Positions 9,870 to 19,131 are shown, counted from the stretch's first letter. The stretch: DNA of 64,000 nt from Candidatus Tayloriibacteriota bacterium (GCA_003151615.1 PLXZ01000001.1:134544-198543), one strand, 5' to 3'. Translations and numbers: made by a program. Notes: generated by a model from the sequence alone, not told the origin.

Positions 9870-11333
9870 TTAATAATCCCTCTGCCGATACTGGAGCGCT
9901 TCCATGATGTGCTCTTTTTTAATTTCTCTTGACTGCGCCAAATCGGCTATGGTTCGGGCGACGTGAACCGTGCGTACGTAAGCGCGTCCCGATAGATTCA
10001 GTTTTTTCGCCGATTCCGTAAAAAAAGACAAAGCCCGCGGGTTTATTTCTGCGTTACTGTTGCAATTTCTATTAAATAATCGCGCTTGTCTGATCCTACC
10101 CGCCATTAATTTGGATTCGTCAGCAACGGTTTTGTTGGCACCGGTGCCGTTCGAAAATTTTTCATGTTCTATTTTTGAAACCGAAATCCAGATGTCGATT
10201 CTGTCCGCTATCGGTCCGCTTATTTTTTTCCGGTAGCGCACGATTTCCTTTTCCGTGCAGATGCATTTTTTTCCGCCGCATGCACATGGATTCATCGCAA
10301 AAATATATATGCAGTCGGCGGGATAAGTCACTGATTCCTTTGTACGCGTTATGGTGATTTTTTTCTCTTCCATTGGCTGGCGCAGCGAATCAATTGTCCG
10401 CCGGTCGAATTCCGTGAACTCGTCCAGAAAAAGTACTCCCCGATGGGCCAGGGTTATTTCCCCCGGTTTCGGCGATCCTCCGCCGCCGATAATGGCCGAG
10501 TAAGGCGAAGTATGGTGCGGCGCGCGAAACGGCGGACGGGTAATAACTGAAGAGACGCCGGTTATTGAATATATTTCCGTGACTTCCAATACTTCAGCGT
10601 GCGAAAGATTCGGTAAAATTTCAGCAAACGCCTTTGCAAGCATTGTTTTTCCGGTTCCCGGCGGTCCGTACATTGCGACATTATGTCTTCCCGCCGCCCC
10701 AATTTCCAAGGCTCTTTTGGCATGTTCCTGTCCATGAATATCTCCGAAATCAACAGTTTCATCGCTTCGCGGCGCGGTCATTATTCTTGTCCGAGGCCGC
10801 GGTTTAATTTTGTTTTTTCCCGAAATATGCTCTGTTAATTGCAGCAAAGAATTTGTCGGATATATTAAAATGTCCGGTACGAGCGCGGCTTCTTGGGCGT
10901 TTTCAGTCGGTATAAAAGCCGATGCAAAACCTTTTTCCTTTGCCGTCCGTATCATTGCCAGTATTCCGCGCACCGGGTGAACATTCCCTTCGAGCGACAG
11001 TTCCCCTATGAAAATATGTTTGTCAGACTCAAAATTAATACTTCCCGCCGCCGATAAATACCCCACTGCCATGCCAAGATCGAACGCCGTTCCTTCTTTT
11101 CTGATATCTGCGGGGGCAAGGCTTATGACGACCTTCTGATTTCTCTGTTTGGGAGAAACGAATCCTGAATTTTTTATCGCGGCTGATACGCGGTCTTTTG
11201 CCTCTTCAACTGCCCTATCGCCAAGGCCCACAACGGAAAAAGCATGCAATCCGTTTGAAAGATCCACTTCTATCGTCACGATGTCGGCGCGCAGGCCTGA
11301 AACTTGTGCCGCGTATGTTTTTGAAAAACTCAT
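9870..11333 (-). CDS. comM: YifB/ComM Mg-chelatase-like AAA+ ATPase
   Basis: LAPADIRKEG, GPPGTGKTMLA, PFRAPHH, GEITLAHRGVLFLDE and NPC.C motifs. Confidence 0.93.
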   Translation of the reverse strand: MSFSKTYAAQVSGLRADIVTIEVDLSNGLHAFSVVGLGDRAVEEAKDRVSAAIKNSGFVSPKQRNQKVVISLAPADIRKEGTAFDLGMAVGYLSAAGSINFESDKHIFIGELSLEGNVHPVRGILAMIRTAKEKGFASAFIPTENAQEAALVPDILIYPTNSLLQLTEHISGKNKIKPRPRTRIMTAPRSDETVDFGDIHGQEHAKRALEIGAAGRHNVAMYGPPGTGKTMLAKAFAEILPNLSHAEVLEVTEIYSITGVSSVITRPPFRAPHHTSPYSAIIGGGGSPKPGEITLAHRGVLFLDEFTEFDRRTIDSLRQPMEEKKITITRTKESVTYPADCIYIFAMNPCACGGKKCICTEKEIVRYRKKISGPIADRIDIWISVSKIEHEKFSNGTGANKTVADESKLMAGRIRQARLFNRNCNSNAEINPRALSFFTESAKKLNLSGRAYVRTVHVARTIADLAQSREIKKEHIMEALQYRQRDY

Positions 11334-11405
11334 CAGCCAAGTCTAGCAAAACGAAATGAATTTCCTCTAAAAAAAGAATAAAATCTTTATAAAAATGTGG
11401 ATAAC

Positions 11406-11783
11406 TTAGCCGCGCATGTGCTTCAGGCATGTTTTTGCCGAAGGATTTGCTTCGAGTCTCTCATTTTCGATCGGTTCGGCACATATTGCACAGATTCCAT
11501 ATGAACCTTTTTCCATTCTGTCCAAAGCGGCGATAACCTCAAGCAATTGTTTGTCGAGTTTTTCCAAAATTCCGTTGTTTTCTTCAAGCCCTTCGATTTT
11601 GTCGGCGACTTCGTTGTCGTCGGCGCTATCCGTATCAATCTTTCCCGGAGAAGCTTCCCAGCCGCCCGCAACGTCCGGATTTTTATGTCCGACAGTCTTG
11701 AGTTCTTCCTCAAGGAGAGTTTTCTCTTTTTGAAGTTTATTTTTGAAATAATCGAGGTCTTTTTTGGTCATTGGTTTCTTCAT
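11406..11783 (-). CDS. TraR/DksA family zinc-finger protein
   Basis: ALDRM..GSYGICAIC..PI..ERLEANP.A.TCLKH (fourth ligand His). Confidence 0.85.
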   Translation of the reverse strand: MKKPMTKKDLDYFKNKLQKEKTLLEEELKTVGHKNPDVAGGWEASPGKIDTDSADDNEVADKIEGLEENNGILEKLDKQLLEVIAALDRMEKGSYGICAICAEPIENERLEANPSAKTCLKHMRG

Positions 11784-11792
11784 GAGGCTATT

Positions 11793-12743
11793 CTAGCGCA
11801 CATACGCTTGGCTTTCAAATCGGGTGATTATTTCGCCGAGAGCGGCTTCATTTTGGGCTATGACCAGCGTGTTGTTGTCTATAAACGAGTAAAGGAAGAG
11901 AACATTACCATCGCTGTTCGTAAATTCGCGTACATTTTTATTTTTTATGAGTTTGTCATGGAAGCTCCCGCCGGACCATTCCGCCGGTTGAATTCCAAAA
12001 AGCGCCGAAAAATCCGACGGCATCGTTGACTCCCAGCTCAGCATGCCCGCAAAGGCATTTTGGAAAAAGTTATCGGTGAAAACGACGAAAGGAGCTGATG
12101 TCGTTCCCGCGCTATTGTCGTTTGGGGACGAATAGAATCCAAACATCCATTGACTCGTAAGCGAACTTGTCAGGGCATTTGGAGGCACAAGACCAATCAT
12201 TGAAATGAATTGAGGTCCCGTCACTCTTGTGAGGGTTGAAGTCTTGCCGTTTTGAGTGCTGCTCGCTTGTTTTCCCATGACAATTTCCAGAATGCCCCCG
12301 TTCGGCAAGGGATTCGCCTGGGATTCTTTCATCACACCGCTTATGATTCCGGCAGGCGTTTGACCTGTTATGTCGAGGACTTTTTGCAGGTCGGGAGTAA
12401 TGATGCTTGTCACTATCACGGAAGTTGAAGTTGCCGTAGGAGTCGAAGGTTGTCGGACTGACAACGGACTAATCGTATAGAAATAATATGCCACGGCTAC
12501 TCCCGCTCCGAGCAATATCAGGCTCGCGATGATCATCAATATATTTTTAAGCCACTTGTTCCGGTTTTTCGGTGCTTCAGAATCATTACCCCTTACGATA
12601 ACGATATTTTTTTCCTGTTCACGTTTTTTTTCTTCGGAAGCTATGACCATAGAGGCCTGCGAAGTTTGTCGATGCTGTATGGCATTGGCTATGTCGCTTT
12701 CATAGGTTCGTATCGTTTTTGGATCGATATCTTTTTCCTCCAT
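11793..12743 (-). CDS. Single-pass membrane hypothetical protein, CPR-type
   Basis: 316 aa; IRTYESD N-terminus, one TM helix, AFAGMLSWE motif. Confidence 0.7.
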   Translation of the reverse strand: MEEKDIDPKTIRTYESDIANAIQHRQTSQASMVIASEEKKREQEKNIVIVRGNDSEAPKNRNKWLKNILMIIASLILLGAGVAVAYYFYTISPLSVRQPSTPTATSTSVIVTSIITPDLQKVLDITGQTPAGIISGVMKESQANPLPNGGILEIVMGKQASSTQNGKTSTLTRVTGPQFISMIGLVPPNALTSSLTSQWMFGFYSSPNDNSAGTTSAPFVVFTDNFFQNAFAGMLSWESTMPSDFSALFGIQPAEWSGGSFHDKLIKNKNVREFTNSDGNVLFLYSFIDNNTLVIAQNEAALGEIITRFESQAYVR

Positions 12744-12763
12744 ATCCTATAGTATATCCTTTT

Positions 12764-13345
12764 TTAGCCCTGCTGTGGCGGTCTTCGGCGCATGTTTCCC
12801 CGGCGAGCTCCCGCTCCTCCGTCAGAGTTTGATCCCCCGGTTCCGATGAGATATTTTCTCGGATTCTGGTCGAGGTCGATGAAATCGTCCACTGCTTCAC
12901 GCAGTTTCGATGAAGTAGATTTGCCGAATGAGACGGCCTCAACCTGGCATCCGGAATGCATCTGCAAGTATTCGACGAGAGGCACGAAGTCGCCATCGCC
13001 CGTTACGAGTACGACCGCATCGAGTTTTGGTGCGAGCTTTACGGCGTCTATCGCCATGCCAACGTCCCAATCGGCTTTCTTGCTTCCGCCGGCAAAAATC
13101 TGTAGGTCTTTTGTTTTTGCCTCGATTCCCATTTTAGTGAGAGCTTCGAAAAAGGGCTTTTCATCCCCCGCTTCCGTTGTTATGACGTATGCGACCGCGC
13201 GAATGAGCGACCGATCGCCGAGAGCGTCCTTGATGATTTGGCCGAAATTAACCCTTGCGTGGTAAAGGTTTTTTGCCGTGTGATAGAGATTCTGCGTGTC
13301 GATGAAAATGCCTACGCGCTGTTCTTTGTGTTTAATGACTGACAT
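12764..13345 (-). CDS. NYN-domain (LabA/DUF88) PIN-like nuclease
   Basis: FIDTQNLY, K.DWDVGMAID, TGDGDFVPL and S.KL...D.F motifs. Confidence 0.9.
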   Translation of the reverse strand: MSVIKHKEQRVGIFIDTQNLYHTAKNLYHARVNFGQIIKDALGDRSLIRAVAYVITTEAGDEKPFFEALTKMGIEAKTKDLQIFAGGSKKADWDVGMAIDAVKLAPKLDAVVLVTGDGDFVPLVEYLQMHSGCQVEAVSFGKSTSSKLREAVDDFIDLDQNPRKYLIGTGGSNSDGGAGARRGNMRRRPPQQG

Positions 13346-13443
13346 GTAATATAAAAATTAAGACTGAATAATAAAATTAGAAAACGATGATAAAAATGGA
13401 AACGAAACAAAAAATAATTGAAAAGAACTTAAGCCGAAACCGT

Positions 13444-13710
13444 TTATTTCTTCAAATCCAGTTTCTTCGCGATCGACGAATGTCGGCGAGGAAATTTCTT
13501 CTTAAGATAGTTCAAATGCGACTGACGATTCGCGACCATCGCAAGCAAACCGCGTCGGGAGTGATTGTCCTTCTTGTGTTTCTTGAGATGGTCGGCAAGC
13601 TCCTCAATTTTTTTGGTCAAAATCGAAATCTGAACTTCGGGAGAACCCGTGTCTTTATCGTGGATGGCCACTTCCTTGATTATCTTGCTTTTTTGTTTTG
13701 TCGTTAACAT
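13444..13710 (-). CDS. rpsO: 30S ribosomal protein S15
   Basis: DTGSPEVQI, HKKDNHSRRGLL. Confidence 0.98.
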   Translation of the reverse strand: MLTTKQKSKIIKEVAIHDKDTGSPEVQISILTKKIEELADHLKKHKKDNHSRRGLLAMVANRQSHLNYLKKKFPRRHSSIAKKLDLKK

Positions 13711-13797
13711 TGTCGGACCATAATAGCATGAATAGCTTTATTATGCAAGCCCGACCGGGTTTTCATCAAAAACCCTTTGCGGGGTATACTTATTATT

Positions 13798-14808
13798 ATG
13801 TCGCACAATATCGCTCAATCCGTAAAAAAGAGTTCCGAAATTGAACGATTGAAAACTGAATTTCTCCAATATGTTGAGATAGAAAAAGGCCGGAGCCTGA
13901 GCACGGTTTCAAACTATGATCATTACCTTTCGCGTTTTTTAGACAATACGGGCATAAAAAAGCCGGAGGAGGTTACCGACGATCTTGTCCGAAATTTTCG
14001 TCTGTGGCTCAACCGGCAGACTTCAATAGCCGAAAAAGGCCAAGCCCCGACGGCGATGAAGAAAAAAACCCAGAATTATTATCTGATTGCCCTACGTTCT
14101 TTTTTGAAATATCTTGCTCGTCGCGGCGTGACTTCCCTGCCGCCTGACAGGATTGAACTGGCAAAAGTTCCGGAACGGTCCCTCGATCTCATTTCCGCTG
14201 AGGATTTAAGGCGTCTTTTTACCGCTCCCGACCTTTCAACACTTCGCGGATTGCGCGATAAAGCCATATTGGAACTGCTTTTTTCGACGGGACTGCGCGT
14301 TTCCGAATTGTGCGGTTTGTCCCGCGATCTGAACATTCATCACGATGAATTTTCAGTCCGCGGCAAGGGCGATAAAATCCGGGTCGTTTTTCTTTCCAAT
14401 GACGCGCGCCAGGCGGTTAAAACATATTTGGCAAAACGCGAGGATATGGATGACGCTCTTTTCGTCCAAATTTTAAAGGAAAAAAAAGAAGGCAATACCG
14501 GCAAAGGAGGAGGAAGTACTCAAAAATTGGCGCAAAATAAAGATTCTCTTCGTCTCACTTCCCGATCAGTTGAAAGAATTTTGAAATTTTATGCGGTAAA
14601 GGCCGGTATTTCCAAAAAAGTCACTCCTCACGTCATCAGACACTCGTTTGCCACGGATCTGTTGAGAAATGGGGCTGATTTACGATCCGTGCAGATGCTT
14701 TTGGGTCATGCCAACATAGCTACAACGCAGATTTATACCCATGTTACCGATACCGAGCTCCGAAATGTCCATAAAAAGTTCCACAACAAGAATCACGACA
14801 ATAAATAG
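13798..14808 (+). CDS. Tyrosine recombinase, XerC/XerD family
   Basis: Intact R-K-H-R-H-Y set: TGLRVSE, GKG, HVIRHSFAT, LLGH, TQIY; ATG start at 13798. Confidence 0.92.
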   Translation: MSHNIAQSVKKSSEIERLKTEFLQYVEIEKGRSLSTVSNYDHYLSRFLDNTGIKKPEEVTDDLVRNFRLWLNRQTSIAEKGQAPTAMKKKTQNYYLIALRSFLKYLARRGVTSLPPDRIELAKVPERSLDLISAEDLRRLFTAPDLSTLRGLRDKAILELLFSTGLRVSELCGLSRDLNIHHDEFSVRGKGDKIRVVFLSNDARQAVKTYLAKREDMDDALFVQILKEKKEGNTGKGGGSTQKLAQNKDSLRLTSRSVERILKFYAVKAGISKKVTPHVIRHSFATDLLRNGADLRSVQMLLGHANIATTQIYTHVTDTELRNVHKKFHNKNHDNK

Positions 14809-14848
14809 GAAATAGGGCGGAAAATAAATAATCTGCTACAATCATTCC

Positions 14849-15658
14849 ATGAGAATCATTTCCTGGAATGTGAACGGTCTGCGGGCAAATGTGAAAAAGG
14901 GCGCTTTCGATTGGTTTTTAAATGAAGCGCCTGACATGTATTGTCTGCAGGAAACAAAGGTCCATCCTGACCAGCTCGACGAAGAAGTCCGCACTCCCGC
15001 AGGTTATCAATCTTTTTTTGACCATTCAAAAATGCGAAAAGGCTACAGCGGCGTGGCAATTTACGTAAAAAAAGAATTTAAGGTTGAAAAAGTCGAATAC
15101 AGCATCGGCATCCCCCAATTAGACCAAGAAGGCAGATTTCTGGCCGTATTTTTCGAAAATATTACCCTCGAAAACGGCGCTCCCAAGGTAAAAAAACTTC
15201 TTCTCATCAACACCTACTTTCCGAACGGGGGTGGCGGCCCGGAACGTCTTGATTATAAGCTTCGTTTTTATGACGCATTTCTTCTGTATATAAACGCATG
15301 CAGAAAACGCGGTTACGAAGTTATTTTTTGCGGCGATATAAACACGGCGCATACTGAAATTGATTTGGCGCGTCCGAAAGAAAACGAAGACAACACAGGC
15401 TTCCTTCCCATTGAACGTGCGTGGATAGATCAGGTAGTTGCGGCGAACTATACGGACGTTTTCAGAAAATTTTTTCCGGGTGTTACGGGGAAATACAGCT
15501 ACTGGGATATGAAAACATTTGCCCGGGATCGAAATGTGGGCTGGAGAATCGACTATTTTTTTGCGAGCGAGGAAATTCTTAAACGTATTAAAAGCGCCAA
15601 GATACTCGATAATGTCATGGGTTCCGATCATTGTCCCATTGATATTGTTCTCAAATAA
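14849..15658 (+). CDS. xth: Exodeoxyribonuclease III
   Basis: SWNVNGLRA, LQETK, GDIN.AH, GWRIDY and GSDHCP motifs. Confidence 0.95.
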   Translation: MRIISWNVNGLRANVKKGAFDWFLNEAPDMYCLQETKVHPDQLDEEVRTPAGYQSFFDHSKMRKGYSGVAIYVKKEFKVEKVEYSIGIPQLDQEGRFLAVFFENITLENGAPKVKKLLLINTYFPNGGGGPERLDYKLRFYDAFLLYINACRKRGYEVIFCGDINTAHTEIDLARPKENEDNTGFLPIERAWIDQVVAANYTDVFRKFFPGVTGKYSYWDMKTFARDRNVGWRIDYFFASEEILKRIKSAKILDNVMGSDHCPIDIVLK

Positions 15659-15672
15659 AAGTGTCGGATAAG

Positions 15673-15681
15673 TTATCCACA
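15673..15681 (+). promoter_or_regulatory. Perfect DnaA box (TTATCCACA) with an adjacent degenerate inverted box
   Basis: GTCGGATAA-G-TTATCCACA right after xth; a second perfect box, TGTGGATAA, lies at 11396-11404 upstream of comM. Confidence 0.6.
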
Positions 15682-15729
15682 GTGATGATTCTTTTTGTCC
15701 TTTACGATGTCCTTTATATGATACAATGT

Positions 15730-16045
15730 CTATTAGACAGGGGAAAAGAATTTTAACCGAGGAATAATTTTTGGAACCACTGTTCTTTAAACATATAGGG
15801 CAAGGGCAAACAGCTCTCTTTTTGAAGAAGTAAATTCGAACCCCTTGTTGGCTCGGCAGGCATTACATTCTGACCTCACGTATAATTTTGATCCATCTTG
15901 GATCGTGGCACTAAAGTGTCTGAAATGTATTCTGTCTCCCCTGGCAACTTTGTTGGTTTAACACAATTTTTCTTCTTCGCAAGCCGCGTTTCGTGGTTCT
16001 TTATCTAATCTCTAAGAATCTCGTTCATACGCGGTTTTGTTTTGG
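15730..16045 (+). ncRNA. Candidate structured non-coding RNA, identity unknown
   Basis: ~400-nt intergenic region with no ORF of 60 aa or more; extended -10 TGATACAAT at 15719-27, nested stems, terminal hairpin plus T-run. Confidence 0.35.
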
Positions 16046-16064
16046 CCAAAAATGTTCAAAAGAC

Positions 16065-17558
16065 CTATGAAACGTGATGTTTTTTACGTATTTCGTCTAT
16101 ATTTTGAGCCTCTTTTTCGTCTTTTACTTCTTTTGCCGATTCACCCATTTTTTTCAATTCTTTTTCGTCTAAAATGACAAGTTCCATGGCTCTTTTTTCC
16201 AAATATTCTTTTGTATTTAATTTAGGATCATCGAGGACCTCTTCCAGCAATGCGTTTAGAACCCAGCCTATTTTTGGACCGGGATTAACTTTAGCAATTT
16301 TCATTATTTCTCCCCCGTCGATTTTAAGCATTCCGACGGATATTGGATCATGCATAGCTTCCTCAATCATTGCATGGTATTTGCGGAGGCGGTAAGGGTT
16401 TTCTTTAGGTCTGCCGGTCCCTATACGGTCACAGACGCGCACATCCATCAGATCCCATATGTTTTCCTTTCCGACATTCGTGACCATGCGTCGGACAGCT
16501 GAAAGCGTGATTGTTTCGGTATCTGAAAAAAACATATGCCAACGGACCAATTTGACTATCTTTTCGGTCATTTTTCTTGGAAACTTGAGTCTTTCGAGAA
16601 TTTTCTGTGTTTCACGTGAACCAACTACATCATGGCCGTAAAAGGTGAATTGGGCTGTTTCACGTGAAAACCGACGTGTTTGAGGCTTTGCTATGTCATG
16701 AAATAGAGCCGTTAAACGGATATCTAAAGGGTAATTCTTATCCGCGGCGTGCTGAAGAGATCTTAACAAATGTTCCCAGACATCAAAAGCATGAGCTTTG
16801 TTTTGTTCCACGCCTATACCTTTTTCAAGTTCCGGAACAATAAACGCCAAAAGGCCAAGCTTTTGAAGCATTTCAATTCCCTTTTTTGGTTCGGAAGACA
16901 TAATGATTTTTGTAAACTCATCACGAATTCGTTCCCAAGATATCTCTTTCAAGAGGTTTTTGTTGGAAATAATGGCTTTTTCGGTATCAACGTTAATCGT
17001 GAAACCTAATTCTACTGAGAGACGCACTGCCCGAAGCATACGCAAAGCATCTTCCGCGAAGCGGTCATTAGGGTTTCCCACTGTCCTTAATATTTTGTCC
17101 TTTATATCTTTGAATCCGCCGTATAAATCAATAATGTCCTTTATGGCTCCCTTGGAAAGGCTTACGGCCACTGCGTTAATGGTGAAATCGCGGCGTTTAA
17201 GATCATCCTCAATTTTTTCGCTGAAATGAACTTCGTCGGGATGACGGTGATTGCTATAAGGACCTTCTATACGATATGGGGTCGCTTCAACTATTTTGAG
17301 CGAATCTTCAGCCTCTTCGTTTACTATCGCTACCGTACCAAATTTATTTTCATAAAAGGTTTTTGGGAAAAGCGGAATGATTTGTTCGGGATGCGCATTG
17401 GTTGTAACGTCCCAGTCTTTTGGTTTTCGTCCGAGAAAAAGATCCCGAGCACAGCCGCCGACCAGGTATGCCTGAAAACCTCCTTTCTCAAGGGTTTCAA
17501 CAACGTTCGTGATCTCTTTTGGAATTGAATTTTGCTTCATTTCGTTTGTAGGTTTCAT
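16065..17558 (-). CDS. cca: CCA-adding tRNA nucleotidyltransferase with HD domain
   Basis: LVGGCARD, DWD, DLKRRDFTINA, EDALRMLRA, ERI and LFHDIAK motifs. Confidence 0.93.
   Translation of the reverse strand: MKPTNEMKQNSIPKEITNVVETLEKGGFQAYLVGGCARDLFLGRKPKDWDVTTNAHPEQIIPLFPKTFYENKFGTVAIVNEEAEDSLKIVEATPYRIEGPYSNHRHPDEVHFSEKIEDDLKRRDFTINAVAVSLSKGAIKDIIDLYGGFKDIKDKILRTVGNPNDRFAEDALRMLRAVRLSVELGFTINVDTEKAIISNKNLLKEISWERIRDEFTKIIMSSEPKKGIEMLQKLGLLAFIVPELEKGIGVEQNKAHAFDVWEHLLRSLQHAADKNYPLDIRLTALFHDIAKPQTRRFSRETAQFTFYGHDVVGSRETQKILERLKFPRKMTEKIVKLVRWHMFFSDTETITLSAVRRMVTNVGKENIWDLMDVRVCDRIGTGRPKENPYRLRKYHAMIEEAMHDPISVGMLKIDGGEIMKIAKVNPGPKIGWVLNALLEEVLDDPKLNTKEYLEKRAMELVILDEKELKKMGESAKEVKDEKEAQNIDEIRKKHHVS
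16608..16623. promoter_or_regulatory. parS site 1 (inside cca)
   Basis: TGTTTCACGTGAACCA, 15/16 match to the parS consensus TGTTTCACGTGAAACA. Confidence 0.75.
16656..16671. promoter_or_regulatory. parS site 2 (inside cca)
   Basis: TGTTTCACGTGAAAAC, 14/16 match, 48 bp from site 1. Confidence 0.7.
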
Positions 17559-17605
17559 GGTAGCATCAATTTTAAAAAAATGATATTATACTGCTACATA
17601 ACAAT

Positions 17606-18319
17606 ATGGATAAGGTACAATTAAGATTTAGGGCTCTACAATTGAGGGAATTGGGATTCTCATATGGCGAGATTTTGAAGGAAGTAAAAGTTTCCAAAAG
17701 CACTTTGGCATACTGGCTGAAAGGAATACCACTCGACGAACAGCAGGCGGCGCTTCTTAAATCACGATCGATCGAAAAGCAAAAACGTGGAAGATTTTCC
17801 ACTTCCATTGCTTTGCGGGCGCGAAAAGTCTATCGCGAAAAAGCCGCCTACGACGATGCAGAGAAGGGATTCAAATTGCATTGCGGTGAATCCTTCTTTA
17901 TGTCGGGAATATCCCTCTACTGGGCGCATGGAGGCAAGAAGAGCGGTTACTTTCAGTTCGTGAGCGCCGATCCTGAAATGATTGCATTCATGGTCAGTTG
18001 GGCGGAAAAATATCTTCTTGTTCCGCATGCTATGTCGAAAAAAGAAATCAAATTCCGTCTTTTTGTCCATGAGCCAAATAAAGGCTCTAATATTGAGGAT
18101 TTTTGGGCTAAAAGTCTTTCCGTCAAGAAGGACATGTTTAAAATGACTAAAATAAAGGGCAGGGGAATGCAGAATAATCCCAATTATAAAGGTTCTTGCA
18201 TGATTGCCATAACAAATATGGCTTTGTTGAGAAGGGTTTTAGCTTGGCAAAACCAGTTAATCAAGTATTATAAGGACATAGACAAAAAAGCAGTGTCTCA
18301 AACCGAAACGCACCCGTAG
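17606..18319 (+). CDS. HTH plus degenerate LAGLIDADG-like protein, CPR-type
   Basis: N-terminal HTH (GFSYGEI...VSKSTLAYWL); LYWAHGGK and F.SADPEMI resemble LAGLIDADG-derived helices; stop codon lies inside tRNA-Arg. Confidence 0.6.
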   Translation: MDKVQLRFRALQLRELGFSYGEILKEVKVSKSTLAYWLKGIPLDEQQAALLKSRSIEKQKRGRFSTSIALRARKVYREKAAYDDAEKGFKLHCGESFFMSGISLYWAHGGKKSGYFQFVSADPEMIAFMVSWAEKYLLVPHAMSKKEIKFRLFVHEPNKGSNIEDFWAKSLSVKKDMFKMTKIKGRGMQNNPNYKGSCMIAITNMALLRRVLAWQNQLIKYYKDIDKKAVSQTETHP

Positions 18320-18381
18320 TGAAATGGATATCACATCGGTCTTCGGAACCGCTATTGGGGGTTCGAATCCCTCCGGGTGCA
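18310..18381 (+). tRNA. tRNA-Arg(TCG)
   Basis: Acceptor GCACCCG/CGGGTGC, anticodon loop CT-TCG-GA, T-arm GGTTCGAATCC; CCA not encoded. Confidence 0.92.
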
Positions 18382-18459
18382 CACGTGATTTTGCAATAAA
18401 ACGAGGGGAATTTCTGGCGGAAAAAAGGAAGTTCTGTTAGAATAGTTTTCACTGACATT

Positions 18460-18533
18460 GCGGGCATGGTTTAGTGGTAGAACACGTCCTTGCCAAGGAC
18501 GAGACGGGAGTTCGATTCTCCCTGCCCGCACCA
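18460..18533 (+). tRNA. tRNA-Gly(GCC)
   Basis: Acceptor GCGGGCA/TGCCCGC, anticodon arm CGTCC-TTGCCAA-GGACG, GTTCGATTC, CCA encoded. Confidence 0.96.
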
Positions 18534-18584
18534 TCGAAGGTCTCGAAAAGCCATATTTATGGCTCAAAAATTGTCAGAAATAGA

Positions 18585-18751
18585 TGTGAATAACTGTGCA
18601 TAACTCTGGGGATTACGTTGATAAAAGACAAAAAATATGGCCTATATTCATAAGGTCAAAATTTGATTTTTTCTTGATTTCCATCACTTTTAGGCTTATA
18701 TAGAGCCATATTTATTCAAAAAGACATAATTTTATCAAAACTTTATCCCCA
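18585..18751. promoter_or_regulatory. Cluster of DnaA-box-like 9-mers in an AT-rich intergenic region
   Basis: TGTGAATAA (18585), TGTGCATAA (18595), TGGGGATTA (18607), TTATCCCCA (18743); 1-2 mismatches each. Confidence 0.45.
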
Positions 18752-19131
18752 TGGTTCAAAATTCACGTCAAAAAGGGAATATCGGGGAAGAAATTGCATG
18801 TCGGTTTCTCGTGAAACGCGGCTATAAAATTGTAGCCAGAAATTACCTGAAGAAATGGGGTGAGATAGATATTGTCGCTACAAAAAATAGCGGGATTCAT
18901 TTTATTGAAGTGAAAAGTGTGACGAAGAAAAGATCAGAGACAGGAGGTTATAATCCGGAAGAAAATGTCCATGTCCTTAAACAGAGGAGATTGCGGCGCG
19001 TCATTCAGACATACTTTTTGGAAAAGAGGATCGGTCTTGGCGTCGAATTTAAATTTCATGTCATTGTCGTGTACATGGACATGAAAACTCGCCGCGCGAG
19101 TGTCTCATTCATTGAAAATGTCATTCTGTAG
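18751..19131 (+). CDS. YraN family PD-(D/E)XK nuclease-like protein
   Basis: G..GE..A..FL..RGY.I..RN, GEIDIVA and FIEVK motifs. Confidence 0.92.
   Translation: MVQNSRQKGNIGEEIACRFLVKRGYKIVARNYLKKWGEIDIVATKNSGIHFIEVKSVTKKRSETGGYNPEENVHVLKQRRLRRVIQTYFLEKRIGLGVEFKFHVIVVYMDMKTRRASVSFIENVIL

Noticed and set aside
11310-11336. CTGATGA on the minus strand at the comM start
   Set aside because: No GAAA after the would-be stem II; it is simply the start-codon context
13795-13805. ATTATGTCGCA matching the inverted copy at 21082-92 as a possible dif/Xer arm
   Set aside because: 11-bp matches are expected by chance in 64 kb, one copy overlaps the start codon, and no full 28-bp dif structure is present
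13798-14808. Tyrosine recombinase as a prophage/island integrase
   Set aside because: Flanked by rpsO and xth with no att repeats or phage genes; fits a housekeeping Xer
15801-15840. AGGGCAAAC resembling the start of a c-di-GMP-I riboswitch
   Set aside because: The downstream GAAA stem, GACGCAAAG and second stem are missing
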